Positions 9,993 through 20,063 of a stretch of DNA of 64,000 nt are shown here, in pieces. The notes beneath the pieces were generated by a model. It was not told where the DNA came from. It saw nothing but the letters and a program-made list of their open reading frames with translations, and made no database searches. The DNA comes from an uncultured delta proteobacterium (GTDB lineage: Bacteria > Desulfobacterota > RBG-13-43-22): assembly GCA_963843145.1 (NCBI GenBank), contig CAWJJC010000027.1, positions 288,001 to 352,000 of the forward strand, in the 5' to 3' direction. The position numbers and the translations under genes were made by a program. Every line of letters begins with the position of its first letter. Position 1 is the first letter of the stretch.

Positions 9993-11941
9993 AACAACCC
10001 TTTCACTTCCGCCGCGACCTGATCCACCTGAAAATGACGCGCCTCAATGGCTGCACTGGGACAGGCGGCGGCGCACAGGCCGCAGCCCCGGCACAAGGCC
10101 TCCCGGATCCGGGCCGCTCCTTCCCCCGGCCCAATTTCAATCGCCTGGTAAGGGCAGAGGTCGAGGCAGAGGTTGCACCCCGAACAGTTTTCTTCCCGGA
10201 CGACAGCCGTGGCTGTTTCCAGAATCAGCTTTTCACCGGGAATCAGTCGGGATAAAATCCGCCCGGCCGCGGCCTGGGCGTCCAGAATCGACTCGGGAAT
10301 AGTCTTCAGACCCCGGGCGCATCCGGCCGCAAAGATTCCCTCCACGACCGTGTCCACCGGTCCCCAGCGCATTTCCTCGGTCATCAAAAATCCTTCTTCC
10401 CCGAGGGGGATCTTCAGCCTTCCGGCCAATTCCCGGGATCCTTTAGACCCTCCCGGGGAGCCGCCGACGATGAGCAGGTCCATATAATCCAACTGGACTT
10501 CCCCCTGGCCGTTCCGGTACTCCAGCCGCACCTGGTTTTCTCTTTCAACCCATTGGATCGCGGCGGGATCGTTCAAGCGGATGAAGGACACCTCCGGTTC
10601 CCCCGATAGCCGTTGATAGCTCCAGTAAGCCTCCGGCCCCCATCCGGCCCGGTCCTCTAAATAAACCGAAACCCGGCTCTCGGGGATCTGGTCCCGGATC
10701 ATCCGGGCAAATTTAAAGGAAACCTCCAAAAAAACCGGGGGCACAACGCCCGACAGACCTGGGGTTTTCAAGCCGGAGCCGGCAAGAATCCCGATCCTCT
10801 GGGGGATCCGATCGGGGGGAGTCAGGATTCTTCCCGCGGTCGGTCCGTTGCTGTTTAACATCTCTTCCATCTCCATAGCGGAAAGGATTCGTCCTCTTTC
10901 AGCTCCCCGGATTGGCTTTAAAGAATCTTCATCGGTCAGGTCGAAACCGGTGGCTAGAACAATCGCCCCCACTTCTATTTCCAGCATCCCGTCTTCTTCC
11001 CCCAATTCAATGGCTCCGAAGGGGCAGGCCTCTTGGCAAGCCCGGCAGGGGTCCCCCTGAAAATGCCGGCAATAGGTCCGGTCGATGAAGGCGGCATTGG
11101 GCAAAGCGCCGGGCAGGGGTAAGCTGATGGCCTTCCTCCCGGGCCATCCTTTAAGTGGGGTTTGATCTATTTCCACCGGGCAGACTTCCAGGCAGGCCCC
11201 ACAGCCCAGGCAATTTTCCAGTTTGACCCCCCGGGCCCGGCGTTGCACGACGACCTCAAAATTTCCCCAAAACCCCCTGACCTGCCGTACCTGGCTCAAC
11301 AGGTGGACTTCGATCCGTTCCTGATGCATAACCGTATCCAGCAGCGGACTCAGCAGGCATGATCCGCATTCCATCTGAGGAAATATTTTTTCGTATAAAA
11401 CGGCTTTGCCCCCCACAAAAGGAGATTGTTCAACCAGATAAATCCGCCGTCCTTTCTGGGCCAAGTTCAGGGCGGCGGTTATCCCGGCGACACCGGCGCC
11501 GACCACCAGGACATCCGGGTTCATAGCGAGCTCTAAGGACGGGATCGGCTGATGGAGTCGAACTCTTTCCACAGCCGCCCGGATCAGCGACCGGGCTTTC
11601 TCCGTGGCCTCCGCCGGATCCGTGGTCACCCAGGCGCACTGCTCACGGAGATTGGCCATCTGTAGTTGATAGGGATTAAGGCCGGCCTTTTCGAGGACAC
11701 CCCGGAAGGTCGATTCATGCTCGCGAGGCGAACAGCCGCCCACCACGACCTTATCCAGGGCGGATTGTCGAATCTCCCGGGAAAGAAAGGATTGTCCCTC
11801 GGCCGAGCAGAGCAAGGTCTGGGTATGAACTTCAACCACTTCCGGCAACGTCCGGGCAAAGGAGGCCAATTCTTCCACCGGGATTTTTTCCCCGATGTTC
11901 GGCCCGCAGCTACAGATGAAAATGCCCAGTCTATCCGCCAT
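9986..11941 (-). CDS. hdrA: Heterodisulfide reductase subunit A-like flavoprotein (central Fe-S motif degenerate)
   Basis: CSCGPNI, GCSPREHE, NLREQCAW, GAGVAG, inserted and C-terminal 2x[4Fe-4S] ferredoxin motifs. Confidence 0.9.
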   Translation of the reverse strand: MADRLGIFICSCGPNIGEKIPVEELASFARTLPEVVEVHTQTLLCSAEGQSFLSREIRQSALDKVVVGGCSPREHESTFRGVLEKAGLNPYQLQMANLREQCAWVTTDPAEATEKARSLIRAAVERVRLHQPIPSLELAMNPDVLVVGAGVAGITAALNLAQKGRRIYLVEQSPFVGGKAVLYEKIFPQMECGSCLLSPLLDTVMHQERIEVHLLSQVRQVRGFWGNFEVVVQRRARGVKLENCLGCGACLEVCPVEIDQTPLKGWPGRKAISLPLPGALPNAAFIDRTYCRHFQGDPCRACQEACPFGAIELGEEDGMLEIEVGAIVLATGFDLTDEDSLKPIRGAERGRILSAMEMEEMLNSNGPTAGRILTPPDRIPQRIGILAGSGLKTPGLSGVVPPVFLEVSFKFARMIRDQIPESRVSVYLEDRAGWGPEAYWSYQRLSGEPEVSFIRLNDPAAIQWVERENQVRLEYRNGQGEVQLDYMDLLIVGGSPGGSKGSRELAGRLKIPLGEEGFLMTEEMRWGPVDTVVEGIFAAGCARGLKTIPESILDAQAAAGRILSRLIPGEKLILETATAVVREENCSGCNLCLDLCPYQAIEIGPGEGAARIREALCRGCGLCAAACPSAAIEARHFQVDQVAAEVKGLLC

Positions 11942-12338
11942 GAATCTATTTTCGGAATATTATAAAATTTCTTTAAATCCAAATGGTTGAATTGGTCTTG
12001 GCCCGCCTAAAAGTTAAAATATTTGGATTATGATAGGAGAAGAAAGGATTGTCAATCTTGTTTAAAATTCTCACTAAGCACCTAAAATCGAAGATCTGAC
12101 CAGCCGGGTATTCATTTGAAGCCATGAGCAAGAACAGGTTGTTCTATTCTTAAGAAAAATAGGTTGTTCGCCCTGCGGAGCGAGTGACCCCCATTCATGG
12201 CAGATTAATCTGGGAATTAGATAAAATTAGTAAGGAGTGCCGGCCAAGTTATCCTTGAATTTTCAACAAGTTCGTGGCATAATGACCATGATCGACGTTC
12301 CGAAACTAATTTAATAGGGGCAAAATTTACCCAGACAA

Positions 12339-14409
12339 ATGAATACTATCAAAACCTACTGCTCCCGCATGGATCACGGGGGCTGTGGCCTGCGGGTCAC
12401 GGTGGATCAAGGTAAAATCGTCAAAGTGCAGGGGGATCCCCAGTCCCCCAACAGCTTCGGCTATATCTGTCCCAAAGGCCTGGCCGGGGCCGCGCGGAAC
12501 ACCCACCCCGACCGGCTGACTACCCCGCTGATCCGGGAAGGCGATCGAGGAGCGGGCCGTTGGAAGGCCGTATCCTGGCCCGAGGCCCTGGAATTTATCG
12601 CCGGTCATTTGAATAAGATCCGGGAAGACTATGGCCCCCAAGCCGTGGTCTTCGCCCAGGGGGCGCCTAAAGGGCTGGAACATTTTGTCCTGATCCGCCT
12701 GGCCAACGTCTTCGGTTCCCCCAACGTCAGCGGCCCCCAGAACGTCTGCCACCTGCCCCGGGAACTGGCCGGAGTCATGACCGTCGGGTTTTTCCCGGTC
12801 CCGGACTATGATTCCCCCACGAGTCTAATCCTGAACTGGGGCAGCAACCTGCTGAAAACCAACGAGGAAGGCATCATTGCCTCCCGGCTGGTAGGCTCGC
12901 TGAAACGGGGGGCGGACCTGATCGTCATCGACCCCCGGCGTACCCACCTGGCCGAAATAGCCCAGAGTCACCTGCAGCTCCGTCCCGGGAGCGACGGGAT
13001 TCTGGCCCTCGGTCTGCTGCGAGTTATCCTGCGGGATGGCCTTTATGACCGAGAGTTCGTGGACCATTGGACCGTGGGTTTCGAGGAACTTAAGCAGCAG
13101 GTGGAACCCTATACGCCCGAACGGGTAGCCGAGCTGACCTGGCTCGAACCCCAGGAGATCCTCCACACCGCCTGGACTTACGCCACCTCCAAGCCGGCCT
13201 TGATTCAATGGGGAAACGCCCTCGAACATACGGAGAACAGCTTTCAGACCTGCCGGGCTGTACTCTGCCTCATGGCCGTGACCGGGAATTTGGACGTGCC
13301 GGGAGGGAATATCCTGCCGGAAATGCCCCCGGTGGCCCGCCTGGCTGATTTCGTCAAGGCTTCGCTCCTGCCGGATAAGGTTCAAAAAATGATCAGCCGG
13401 CACTATAAGCTCGCCCCTAATTTCATGATCGTTCCTCCCCCTCTGGTCCTGCAAGCCATTCGTCAGGCCAGGCCCTATCCGGTCCGGGCCATGTACGTCC
13501 AGGTGTCTAATCCCCTGCTGACCTACAGCCAGGCCCGGGAAACCTACGAGGCCTTAAAGGAGTTGGATTTCCTGGTGGTGGCGGATATCTTCATGACCCC
13601 TTCGGCTGCCCTGGCCGACGTGGTCCTCCCGGCCGCCACGGGTTTTGAATTTGACGACCTCGGCCACTATGGTCTGGCCCACGGGTGGATTTCGGCCAGG
13701 CCGAAGGTTGTTGATCCCCCGGGAGAGGCTTGGCCGGACATCCGGATCTTAAGCGAACTGGGGCGGGCCCTCGGCCACGGCGAACATTTCTGGGAGGATT
13801 ATCGCCAGGCCCTGGATGAGGTCCTGGCCCCATCCGGCCTGACTTATGAAAGATTCAAGGACCAGGGGCTGCTGAAAGGAAATATAAATTACTTTAACTA
13901 TCAGTCCAAAGGATTTAAAACTACAACACAAAAAGTAGAACTTTATTCAGCCCAGCTTTCTAAATGGGGCTTCGACCCGCTGCCGTCCTGCCCGGACCCC
14001 GTTCCGCCCAGTCTGGAATATCCGCTGCTGGCCACCAGCCGGAAGAGCCCTTATTTCTTCCATTCCGCCTATCGCCAGATAGAGTCTTTGAGAAAAAAGC
14101 ACCCGGACCCGGTAATCGAAATTCATCCCCTGGCGGCCCGGATTCTCGGTCTTCAGGACGGCGAATGGGCGGCCATCATCACCCCTCAGGGAAGAATTAC
14201 CCAGAAGGTCCGCTTCACCGAGGCCATCGATCCCCGGGTGGTCTATGTCGATTACGGCTGGTGGTTTCCAGAGGTCGGGCCGGAGCGGCTTTTTGACTGG
14301 GACCGATCCAATATCAATATCCTCACAGCCAATAGTCCTTTGAGGCCGGGAAATGGGAACCCCCTGCCTCCGCGCTTTTCCCTGCCGGGTAGAAAAATTA
14401 GACCTATGA
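12339..14409 (+). CDS. Molybdopterin-dependent oxidoreductase (DMSO reductase family); frameshift near 14343
   Basis: CSRMDHGGCG...CPKG, HPDRL, VIDPR, ADVVLPA, molybdopterin-binding C-terminal domain; removing one base gives the terminus NSPLGREMGTPCLRAFPCRVEKLDL*. Confidence 0.88.
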
Positions 14410-14423
14410 AAAGGACCTAGAGG

Positions 14424-15953
14424 CTAGGCCGGTTTATCCACTCCAATAAAATCGGCACTCACACAAATCCGATTCCGGCCACGACGCTTGGCCTCATACA
14501 AGGATTGGTCGGCGAGTTTGACCAATTCGTCTTTGGAGAGTTTGGATGCCGCTTGAAAGAAAGACAGGCCGAAACTCATGGTCACTTTGATAGGCCTTCC
14601 CTCATGCTCCACCACCTGAGACTCGACCAATTTCCTTAACCGCTCCACCACCGCCAGGGCTTCAGTGAATGGGGTCTCCGGCAGCAGGATACCGAATTCC
14701 TCTCCTCCATAACGGGCAACGATATCCGCGGTCCTGAGGAGGCTATTGAAACCGAGGGCGAGTTGACGCAGCACTTCATCGCCGGCGGGATGGCCGAAGG
14801 TATCGTTGACGTTTTTAAAATAATCAATATCGGCCAGGACCAGGGTCAAGGGGAGACGGTAGCGCAGGGCCCTCTGGTATTCCTGGTTGAGAAAATAGTA
14901 AAAACTTTTGTAATTAAAGAGCCCGGTCAAACCGTCCCGCATGACCTCGTCTTTCAGCGATTTAACCCGTTTCTGGTTTTCCAGCAACTCCTGCAAAAAG
15001 CGGTCGGAGATATGGATCAATTCCGTGCGGGCTTCATCGATTAATTTCAAGTAAGCCCCATCGGTTTCTAACTGGACTTCAAATAGATCGGATATCTCAT
15101 TAATATGCAGGAGTGCTTCTTCCAGCAGACTATCTGCCGGGATCTTTTGGTCAAAACCCCATTTGGTCAGATAACTCTTCATGGCTCCCAAGGAAAGGAT
15201 CCTCTTGCCGGAAAAGAATTCCACCGCCTGGGAGGCAATGAACAAGATCTTACCCAGCGTGTTGGCCGGTTTCATTGTGCCTTCAATCTGATCGGGAAAA
15301 TGGTGGATCTGGACGGATTCATAAAAAAACTTGGGCAACCCCCACTGCTTAATCAAGGCCCCTCCCAATTCCATGTGCGTGAAGCCCAGGATCTGCTTTT
15401 CCGCCTCATAATATTCGCACAGCGTATCCCTCCGCTCTTTGAGGACCAGGTGGTATTGTTTCGGCAGGGATCGGTTCAGACCCAGGCGTCCGATTTCATG
15501 AAGCAATCCTAAGGTGAAACTGTCTTCGGTCATGGAAGGAATAACTTCCTTGGCCAGCATTCGGCAAACCACGGCGGACATTACCGAATCCCTCCAGAAT
15601 TCGGCGTAATTGAACTCATCCTTCGTATTTGGCTTTACCAGGCGTAGCAGAGAAAAACTCAAGGCCACTTTTTTTACCGTATTGAGTCCCAGTAGTTTCA
15701 CCGCGTGGGAGACGGAGGTCACCTTTACCGGCAGGGCGTAGAAGGCTGAGTTGATCAATCCCAGTATTTTCCCGGACAGCGGCGGGTCGAGGGAAAGTAT
15801 CTTCCCCAGTTCATCCAAATGGGTGTTTTCGTTTTTAACCGCCTCCAGGATGCTCAAAGCGATCCCTGGAAGGGTAGGCAGGCTCTCCTGGTGCTTCAAA
15901 AGATTTTCGATTGGAGACGGATTCATGGGACTTTGCTCAAGGGAATAGCTCAA
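14424..15953 (-). CDS. HDOD-GGDEF diguanylate cyclase
   Basis: LPTLP, DPPLSGKIL, GLLHEIG (HDOD); DGLTGLFN, DIDYFKNVND, RYGGEEF. Confidence 0.92.
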   Translation of the reverse strand: MSYSLEQSPMNPSPIENLLKHQESLPTLPGIALSILEAVKNENTHLDELGKILSLDPPLSGKILGLINSAFYALPVKVTSVSHAVKLLGLNTVKKVALSFSLLRLVKPNTKDEFNYAEFWRDSVMSAVVCRMLAKEVIPSMTEDSFTLGLLHEIGRLGLNRSLPKQYHLVLKERRDTLCEYYEAEKQILGFTHMELGGALIKQWGLPKFFYESVQIHHFPDQIEGTMKPANTLGKILFIASQAVEFFSGKRILSLGAMKSYLTKWGFDQKIPADSLLEEALLHINEISDLFEVQLETDGAYLKLIDEARTELIHISDRFLQELLENQKRVKSLKDEVMRDGLTGLFNYKSFYYFLNQEYQRALRYRLPLTLVLADIDYFKNVNDTFGHPAGDEVLRQLALGFNSLLRTADIVARYGGEEFGILLPETPFTEALAVVERLRKLVESQVVEHEGRPIKVTMSFGLSFFQAASKLSKDELVKLADQSLYEAKRRGRNRICVSADFIGVDKPA

Positions 15954-16004
15954 TCCTCCAGGAATGGATTTCAGGAATGATAAAATAGTTTCCTTTGAGC
16001 TTTA

Positions 16005-16020
16005 TGCACAAATTTTGCCA
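16005..16020 (-). promoter_or_regulatory. Putative sigma54 (-24/-12) promoter of the HDOD-GGDEF gene
   Basis: Minus strand TGGCAAAATTTGTGCA, GG-N10-GC spacing, about 50 bp upstream of the ORF. Confidence 0.55.
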
Positions 16021-16369
16021 AGTCTCGGAAATATCATCTGGCGCTGAAGATGATTCAGCCAAGGGACAAAGATTTTAATTTTATTATGTTTAAACAAGAG
16101 GTTGCCTGTCGTCAGGCGCAGTGTTGTTTAAAATGAAGCCTGCCCCTGATTGAATAGAACAGAGGAAAGGACTTTCAGATTGTCATTTTTATGACATTCC
16201 GGATCCTGACAGGGAGGTTTTCCCATTTTGGCTTGATCTTCGCCGACAATTCCTGCACAATTCAAAATCCAAAGGAAAAATGATTTTAGTCCACTTTGGA
16301 GAGCGGAAGGATTTCAGATGAGTTCCCTTGTTCCAGATGCCCAGGCGATAGTTGGGTAGGATTTCCCCG

Positions 16370-17437
16370 ATGCCCCCTACTATCAGAAAACGATCCCAGA
16401 AAACCGGGCTGCCGCCGGGGGCCTTAATCCACGTAGGCGAGCAGAAGAGCGAGCGCACCCGCATCACCCTGCTGGAATACGACGAGCAGCGGGTTGAGGA
16501 AAAAGAGCTGCCGGTGGTTGACGAATGCCTCCTCTTCAAGGAAAAGAAATCCGTCACCTGGATCAACGTGACCGGCTTACACCAGGTCGAACTCCTGGAA
16601 AGATTAAACGGCTGCTTCGGGCTCCATCCCCTGGTCCTGGAGGACATTTTAAATACGGATCAGCGCCCCAAGACGGAGGACTTCGGCGACTATCTCTATA
16701 TCGTCCTGAGGATGCTGGACCTGGATAAAAAGGATGAAAACGCCATTATCAGTGAGCAGATCAGCCTGATTCTGGGAGAGAATTTTGTACTCTCCTTTCA
16801 GGAAAGGGAGGGGAACCTGTTTGACCCCTTGCGGGAACGCATCCGCAACGGCAAGGGTCGGTTGAGAAAAATGGGCCCCGACTACCTGGTTCACGCCCTG
16901 CTGGACGCCGTGGTGGACCAGTATTTCGTGGTCCTGGAGAAACTGGGAGAACGGATAGAATTCCTGGAGGAGGAACTGGTTACATCGCCTACCCCTTCGA
17001 CCCTGCAGATCCTCCACAAACTGAAACGGGAGATGATCTTTTTAAGGAAGTCGGTCTGGCCCCTGCGAGAGGTGATCGGGACGCTGGAACGGGGGGAGTC
17101 TTCTCTGATCAAAGCCTCCACCAATCTGTATTTGCGGGACATCTACGACCACACCATTCAGGTCATCGATACTATCGAAACGTTTCGCGACATGCTTTCC
17201 GGTATGCTCGATATTTATCTCTCCAGCATCAGCAACCGCATGAATGAGATCATGAAAGTCCTGACCATCATCGCCACCATCTTTATTCCCTTGACCTTCA
17301 TCGTCGGCTTGTACGGCATGAATTTCAAATATATGCCGGAGTTGGAGTGGCCCTGGGGGTATCCCGCGGTCCTGCTGCTGATGCTGGGGATTACGGTCTT
17401 TATGCTGTTTTATTTCAGACGGAAAAAATGGCTTTAG
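16370..17437 (+). CDS. corA: Magnesium/cobalt transporter CorA
   Basis: GLPPG N-terminus, LHPLVLEDI, QRPK, YGMNFKYMPEL. Confidence 0.95.
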   Translation: MPPTIRKRSQKTGLPPGALIHVGEQKSERTRITLLEYDEQRVEEKELPVVDECLLFKEKKSVTWINVTGLHQVELLERLNGCFGLHPLVLEDILNTDQRPKTEDFGDYLYIVLRMLDLDKKDENAIISEQISLILGENFVLSFQEREGNLFDPLRERIRNGKGRLRKMGPDYLVHALLDAVVDQYFVVLEKLGERIEFLEEELVTSPTPSTLQILHKLKREMIFLRKSVWPLREVIGTLERGESSLIKASTNLYLRDIYDHTIQVIDTIETFRDMLSGMLDIYLSSISNRMNEIMKVLTIIATIFIPLTFIVGLYGMNFKYMPELEWPWGYPAVLLLMLGITVFMLFYFRRKKWL

Positions 17438-17476
17438 TATGCAAATAAAGGCTCGGTAGTTATTCCAGCTCCCTTG

Positions 17477-17553
17477 AAATCCTCCTAAATCCCCCTTTGC
17501 CAAAGGGGGACTTGGACTCCCCCCTTAGAAAAAGGGGGGCAGGGGGGGATTTT
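17477..17553. repeat. Palindromic REP-like element
   Basis: aaatcctcctaaatccccctttgccaaaggggga...cccccttagaaaaaggggggcaggggggatttt, nested inverted repeats. Confidence 0.7.
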
Positions 17554-17580
17554 CGTCCTGTCGGGGCAGGCTACGCCGAA

Positions 17581-18738
17581 ATGAAATTCTTTAAAATCAT
17601 CTTCAAAAATACCCTGCGCCACAAATTGCGCACCGGCCTGACCGTGCTGGGCATCGCCGTCGCCCTGTTGGCCTTTTGCCTGCTGCGAACAATCATCCAG
17701 GCCTGGTACGCCGGAGTGGAGGCTTCTTCGGCCAACCGCATGATCACGCGGAACGCCGTCTCGCTGATCTTTCCCCTACCCCTATCCTATCTCCCCAAAA
17801 TCCGGCAGATACCGGAAGTACGCAACGTTTCCTACGCCAACTGGTTCGGCGGGATCTACATCGATGAAAAACATTTTTTTCCTCAATTTGCCATTGACTC
17901 CCAAAACTTTTTCAACCTCTATCCCGAGATCAGCATTCCTCCGGAGCAGAAGGCCGCCTTTTTAAGAGAGCGGAATTCCTGCCTCGCGGGCCGAAAGTTG
18001 GCCGCCAAATACCAATGGAAAATCGGAGAGGTCATTCCCCTCCGCGGGGTCATCTTTCCGGGCAATTGGGAGTTTGTCCTCCGGGGGATCTATCGGGGGG
18101 CCCAGAAAACCGTGGATGAGACCCAATTCTTCTTTCATTGGGACTACCTTAACGAGCAGGTTAAAAAAGTCTCCCCGACCCGGGCCAACCAGGTGGGCTG
18201 GTATGTGATCCAGTTGAAGGATCCCTTTAAAGCCCCCGAGGTGACTCGGATCGTGGACCAGGGCTTTAAGAATTCCCTGGCCGAGACCTTGACGGAAACG
18301 GAAAAGGCCTTTCAGTTGGGTTTCGTGGCCATGACCGAGGCGATCGTGGTCTCCATCCAGGTGATTTCCATCGTGGTAATCGTCATCATTATGATCGTCT
18401 TAGCCAACACCATGGCCATGACCGCCCGCGAACGGATCGGGGAATATGCCATCCTGAAAACCCTGGGATTCGGGCCCGGGTACATCCTCTGGCTGATTGC
18501 CGGGGAATCGCTTTTGATCGCCCTGGCCGGCGGGTTACTGGGAATACTCCTGACTTACCCGACGGTTCAAGTGGTGGGTAAACCGTTGGCCACATTTTTT
18601 CCAATCTTCATTGTCACCGCCAAAACCCTTTGGCTGGCCATTGGAGCTTCGGCACTGGTGGGTTTGGCGGCGGCCGTCTTCCCGGTCTGGCGGGCGTCCA
18701 CTATCCGCATTGCCGATGGCTTGCGGGGGATTGGGTAA
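17581..18738 (+). CDS. ABC transporter permease, MacB/FtsX family
   Basis: KNTLRHKLRTGLT, periplasmic domain, RERIGEYAILKTLGF, four TM helices. Confidence 0.9.
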   Translation: MKFFKIIFKNTLRHKLRTGLTVLGIAVALLAFCLLRTIIQAWYAGVEASSANRMITRNAVSLIFPLPLSYLPKIRQIPEVRNVSYANWFGGIYIDEKHFFPQFAIDSQNFFNLYPEISIPPEQKAAFLRERNSCLAGRKLAAKYQWKIGEVIPLRGVIFPGNWEFVLRGIYRGAQKTVDETQFFFHWDYLNEQVKKVSPTRANQVGWYVIQLKDPFKAPEVTRIVDQGFKNSLAETLTETEKAFQLGFVAMTEAIVVSIQVISIVVIVIIMIVLANTMAMTARERIGEYAILKTLGFGPGYILWLIAGESLLIALAGGLLGILLTYPTVQVVGKPLATFFPIFIVTAKTLWLAIGASALVGLAAAVFPVWRASTIRIADGLRGIG

Positions 18739-19003
18739 TTTTTTTAGGTAAATCCTCGGCAGGATTCAAGGGTTCAAGCGTAGGGGTGGGGACTTCGGCG
18801 AGCTCAGTCGAGCCGTTAATCCCCACAGCACCACAGCCGGGGGGAACTACCGGCGGGGTTCTCTTACGAAAAGGCAAATTATTAATAATCAATAATCAAT
18901 TGTTAATTATTAACCGTTCGTTTCTGTTTCATACTAAGTCAAACAATAATACAGTACGCCTAACTCCTTACGCCTTGCGACTCACGAATAGAAAGGAATC
19001 TTT

Positions 19004-19813
19004 ATGACCCTACCATACACCCCCTTTGTGGCGGTTGATTTTTCTTTAATCGATCAGCGGATTTTTTACCCACGGCGTGACCCGCACGCCCGGCCTCCCG
19101 TCGGGGCGGAAGATCATTCTTTCCCGGTCGAGCCGGGAATTGAAATCGGAGGCCGCTTTTACCTGGCGGAACCTTCCGGACCCCATATTTTATTTTTCCA
19201 TGGCAACGGGGAAATCGCCTCCGATTACGACGAACTTGGTCCTTTGTACAACCGCTGGGGAATAAGCCTTTTGGTGGCGGACTACCGGGGCTATGGAAAA
19301 AGCCAGGGGACGCCTTCCGTAACCACCCTGCTCCCCGACGCCCTGGCGGTCTTCGACCAGGTGCTCGACTGGAGAAAGGAACAGCAGCGCACCGGCCCCT
19401 TCCTGGTCATGGGCCGCTCCCTGGGCAGCGCCCCGGCCATTGAAATCGCTTACCGGCGCAAGGAAAAAATCGCCGCGCTGATCCTGGACAGCGCCTTTGC
19501 CTATTCCCTGCCCCTCCTCAAACTGATCGGCATCCCGGTGGAAGACTTGGGACTTCGTGAAGAAGACGGTTTCAAAAATTATGAAAAAATATTTTTTATT
19601 TCCAAACCCACTTTGCTGATCGCCGGACAGCAGGATGAACTGATCCCGCCGACCGAGTCCGAAACCCTCCTGCAGAATTCCGGGGCCCACCGGAAAGAAC
19701 TGACCCTGGTCCCCGGCGCGGGGCACAACGATATCTTCGCCCGCTGCGGAGAGGGCTATTTTGAGCTGGTGGCCCGCTTCACCAAACCGTTTATGAGGAA
19801 ACAAAAAAAATAG
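19004..19813 (+). CDS. Alpha/beta hydrolase
   Basis: FHGNGE, DYRGYG, GRSLG nucleophile elbow, AGHND. Confidence 0.9.
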   Translation: MTLPYTPFVAVDFSLIDQRIFYPRRDPHARPPVGAEDHSFPVEPGIEIGGRFYLAEPSGPHILFFHGNGEIASDYDELGPLYNRWGISLLVADYRGYGKSQGTPSVTTLLPDALAVFDQVLDWRKEQQRTGPFLVMGRSLGSAPAIEIAYRRKEKIAALILDSAFAYSLPLLKLIGIPVEDLGLREEDGFKNYEKIFFISKPTLLIAGQQDELIPPTESETLLQNSGAHRKELTLVPGAGHNDIFARCGEGYFELVARFTKPFMRKQKK

Positions 19814-20063
19814 GGACGACAGAAAGATTACCTGCTAGTCCTTCCGGCAAAAAAACTCTGGAACCTGCCGATTACTGGTGGAAATATGGTAGAAAAGGCA
19901 AGGCAGCCTTGACATTGAACCCGGAGTGGCAACGCCCCTTTTCGCAATAGCCGCCTTTTCCCTTTGGCCTGGCACAGAGCTTATCCCTATGCTTTAATAT
20001 GAAGATACCCTCCAGATGGGTACGGCAGCCTATAGCCCAGGATGTGGAGCGCGCTTTAGCGCG

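Noticed and set aside
6991-11941. Selenocysteine recoding in the Mvh/Hdr genes
   Set aside because: The ligand positions that are present are ordinary Cys codons, and no in-frame TGA interrupts these ORFs
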